A stretch of DNA of 64,000 nucleotides from Okamejei kenojei (taxonomy: Eukaryota), in assembly GCA_035221665.1 (NCBI GenBank), contig CM069157.1:18042001-18106000 (forward strand), read 5' to 3'. Position numbers and translations under genes: made by a program. The notes beneath the pieces were generated by a model. That model was not told where the DNA came from. It worked only from the letters and a program-made list of their open reading frames with translations, and made no database searches. Positions 62,572 through 64,000 of the stretch are shown one piece after another; the first letter of the stretch is position 1; the number at the start of each line of letters is the position of its first letter.

Positions 62572-64000
62572 CTGTAAAGATTGGGAATATTTATTAATTA
62601 ATGATGGTTGTTGGGGTTTCTGCCAAACCACATCAAGACACAAATGCATTTGCACCACATCAAAGCTGATGTGGAATTTGTATTCCTTCATACTTGCTAA
62701 TTTTAAATTCTGTAAGTCAGTAACTAACAGCACAGGGGTACTTGTGCCACCATTACAGGTGAACAGCAAAGATGGCGTGTGACCAGCATGAGGAGGCTGG
62801 GCAATAAATGCAAACTTGCAAGCAATGCTGACATCTTATAAATATATATATTTTTAAACCTAAGCCTCTAGTAAAGCTCCCCAAATTGACCAGGTCACCA
62901 AAAGCAACTAATCTATAATTATATAGAGCCACATAATTACATAGCATTGTTTATTCTTCTGACTGCAAAGACGGAGAAAACTTAATTTACTGAAAGTTTA
63001 GGTCCTCCCTGTTCATGCACTTTTGAGTTTGTTCACCATTCTCCACCTTTGTAACTCTTGCCTCCACACCTGTGCTGCAGACCACAAGGTTCTGAGGGTT
63101 GTTGGAGTTACGCAATATTGGAAATGGCGCTCCACAAACATTTGCATTGAGATCACTCTTAGTCATCGTTTAACAAAATGATCTGCACTTGGGAATCAAA
63201 AGTAGAATTTTAAAATCTGTGGAATACAGATTTTTGGAGTAGGATAGTGAAGAACACAATTAATAAACTTGCAGAATGAAAATATCAGGTAATTTGCAAA
63301 TTAATTACTATTTACATAGGTAAATATGAAGCATTACATTTTGATAGTAAGAATAAAGAGGACACATACACCTTGGAAAATGAGAATTACAATTGTGAGG
63401 ATGAGCACAGGGACCCAAAGATATAAAAGATATACAGTTAGACAGTACATGGATAGGACAATTTGGAGGGATATGGGCCTAATGCAGGCAGGTGGGACTA
63501 GTGCAGCTGGGACATTTTGGCCGGTGTGGGCAAGTTGGGCCAAAGGGCCTGTTTCCATTCTATATCGCTCTATGACTCCACAAACAGTGACACAACAGCA
63601 AAAAACTTCTATTTATTCTTCTTTTGGGATGCGGGCATTTCTGGCAAGGACAACATTTATTGCTCATCCTTCATTGTCCTAGGGAAGATGGTGAACCATG
63701 TTCTTGAACTGTTGAAATTGTTCTGGTGAAGGTACACCAACAATTCTTTAGGGAAGGAAAATCGTTGAAATGAGATCTTACGACAATGAAGTAATGGCGA
63801 TACTTTCCAAGTCAGGAAGTCGTGCAACTTGTAGGGGAACACTCAAGTGGTGTCCCATGCACTTCATGCCCTTGTCTTTGCCCTTCTTTGTGGTAAGTAG
63901 CAAGTGTGGGATACTTACAGCCTTGTGTAAGTATCGGCAGTTCACTTAATATAAGGCACTCAATGCAGTGAAGAAGCAAAAGTGATGCACTATATTAATG

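Overview
Vertebrate genomic DNA, very probably a cartilaginous fish (skate/ray-type repeats: V-SINE/HE1-like SINEs, CR1/HER1-like LINEs, Penelope-derived short elements). The window lies inside one large minus-strand spectraplakin gene, identified as MACF1 (ACF7) rather than DST from diagnostic peptides such as [19 protein letters not shown] and [13 protein letters not shown] traced 26 coding exons with AG/GT boundaries and consistent phases: plakin domain with SH3, then the giant plectin-repeat (PRD) exon and three following cassette exons of the MACF1b type, then the start of the spectrin-repeat rod. Main points of interest: (1) the 5135-nt PRD exon is not one open frame, with a stop at 15440 and two frame changes, and the downstream cassette exons look diverged; (2) a TATA box plus strong donor at 23013-23119 may be an internal first exon; (3) many TSD-flanked short elements carry the minimal hammerhead-ribozyme motif of Penelope-like retroelements, often as head-to-head hairpins next to exons. 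Comparisons with human MACF1 are from memory, not alignments. Repeat boundaries without TSDs are approximate.
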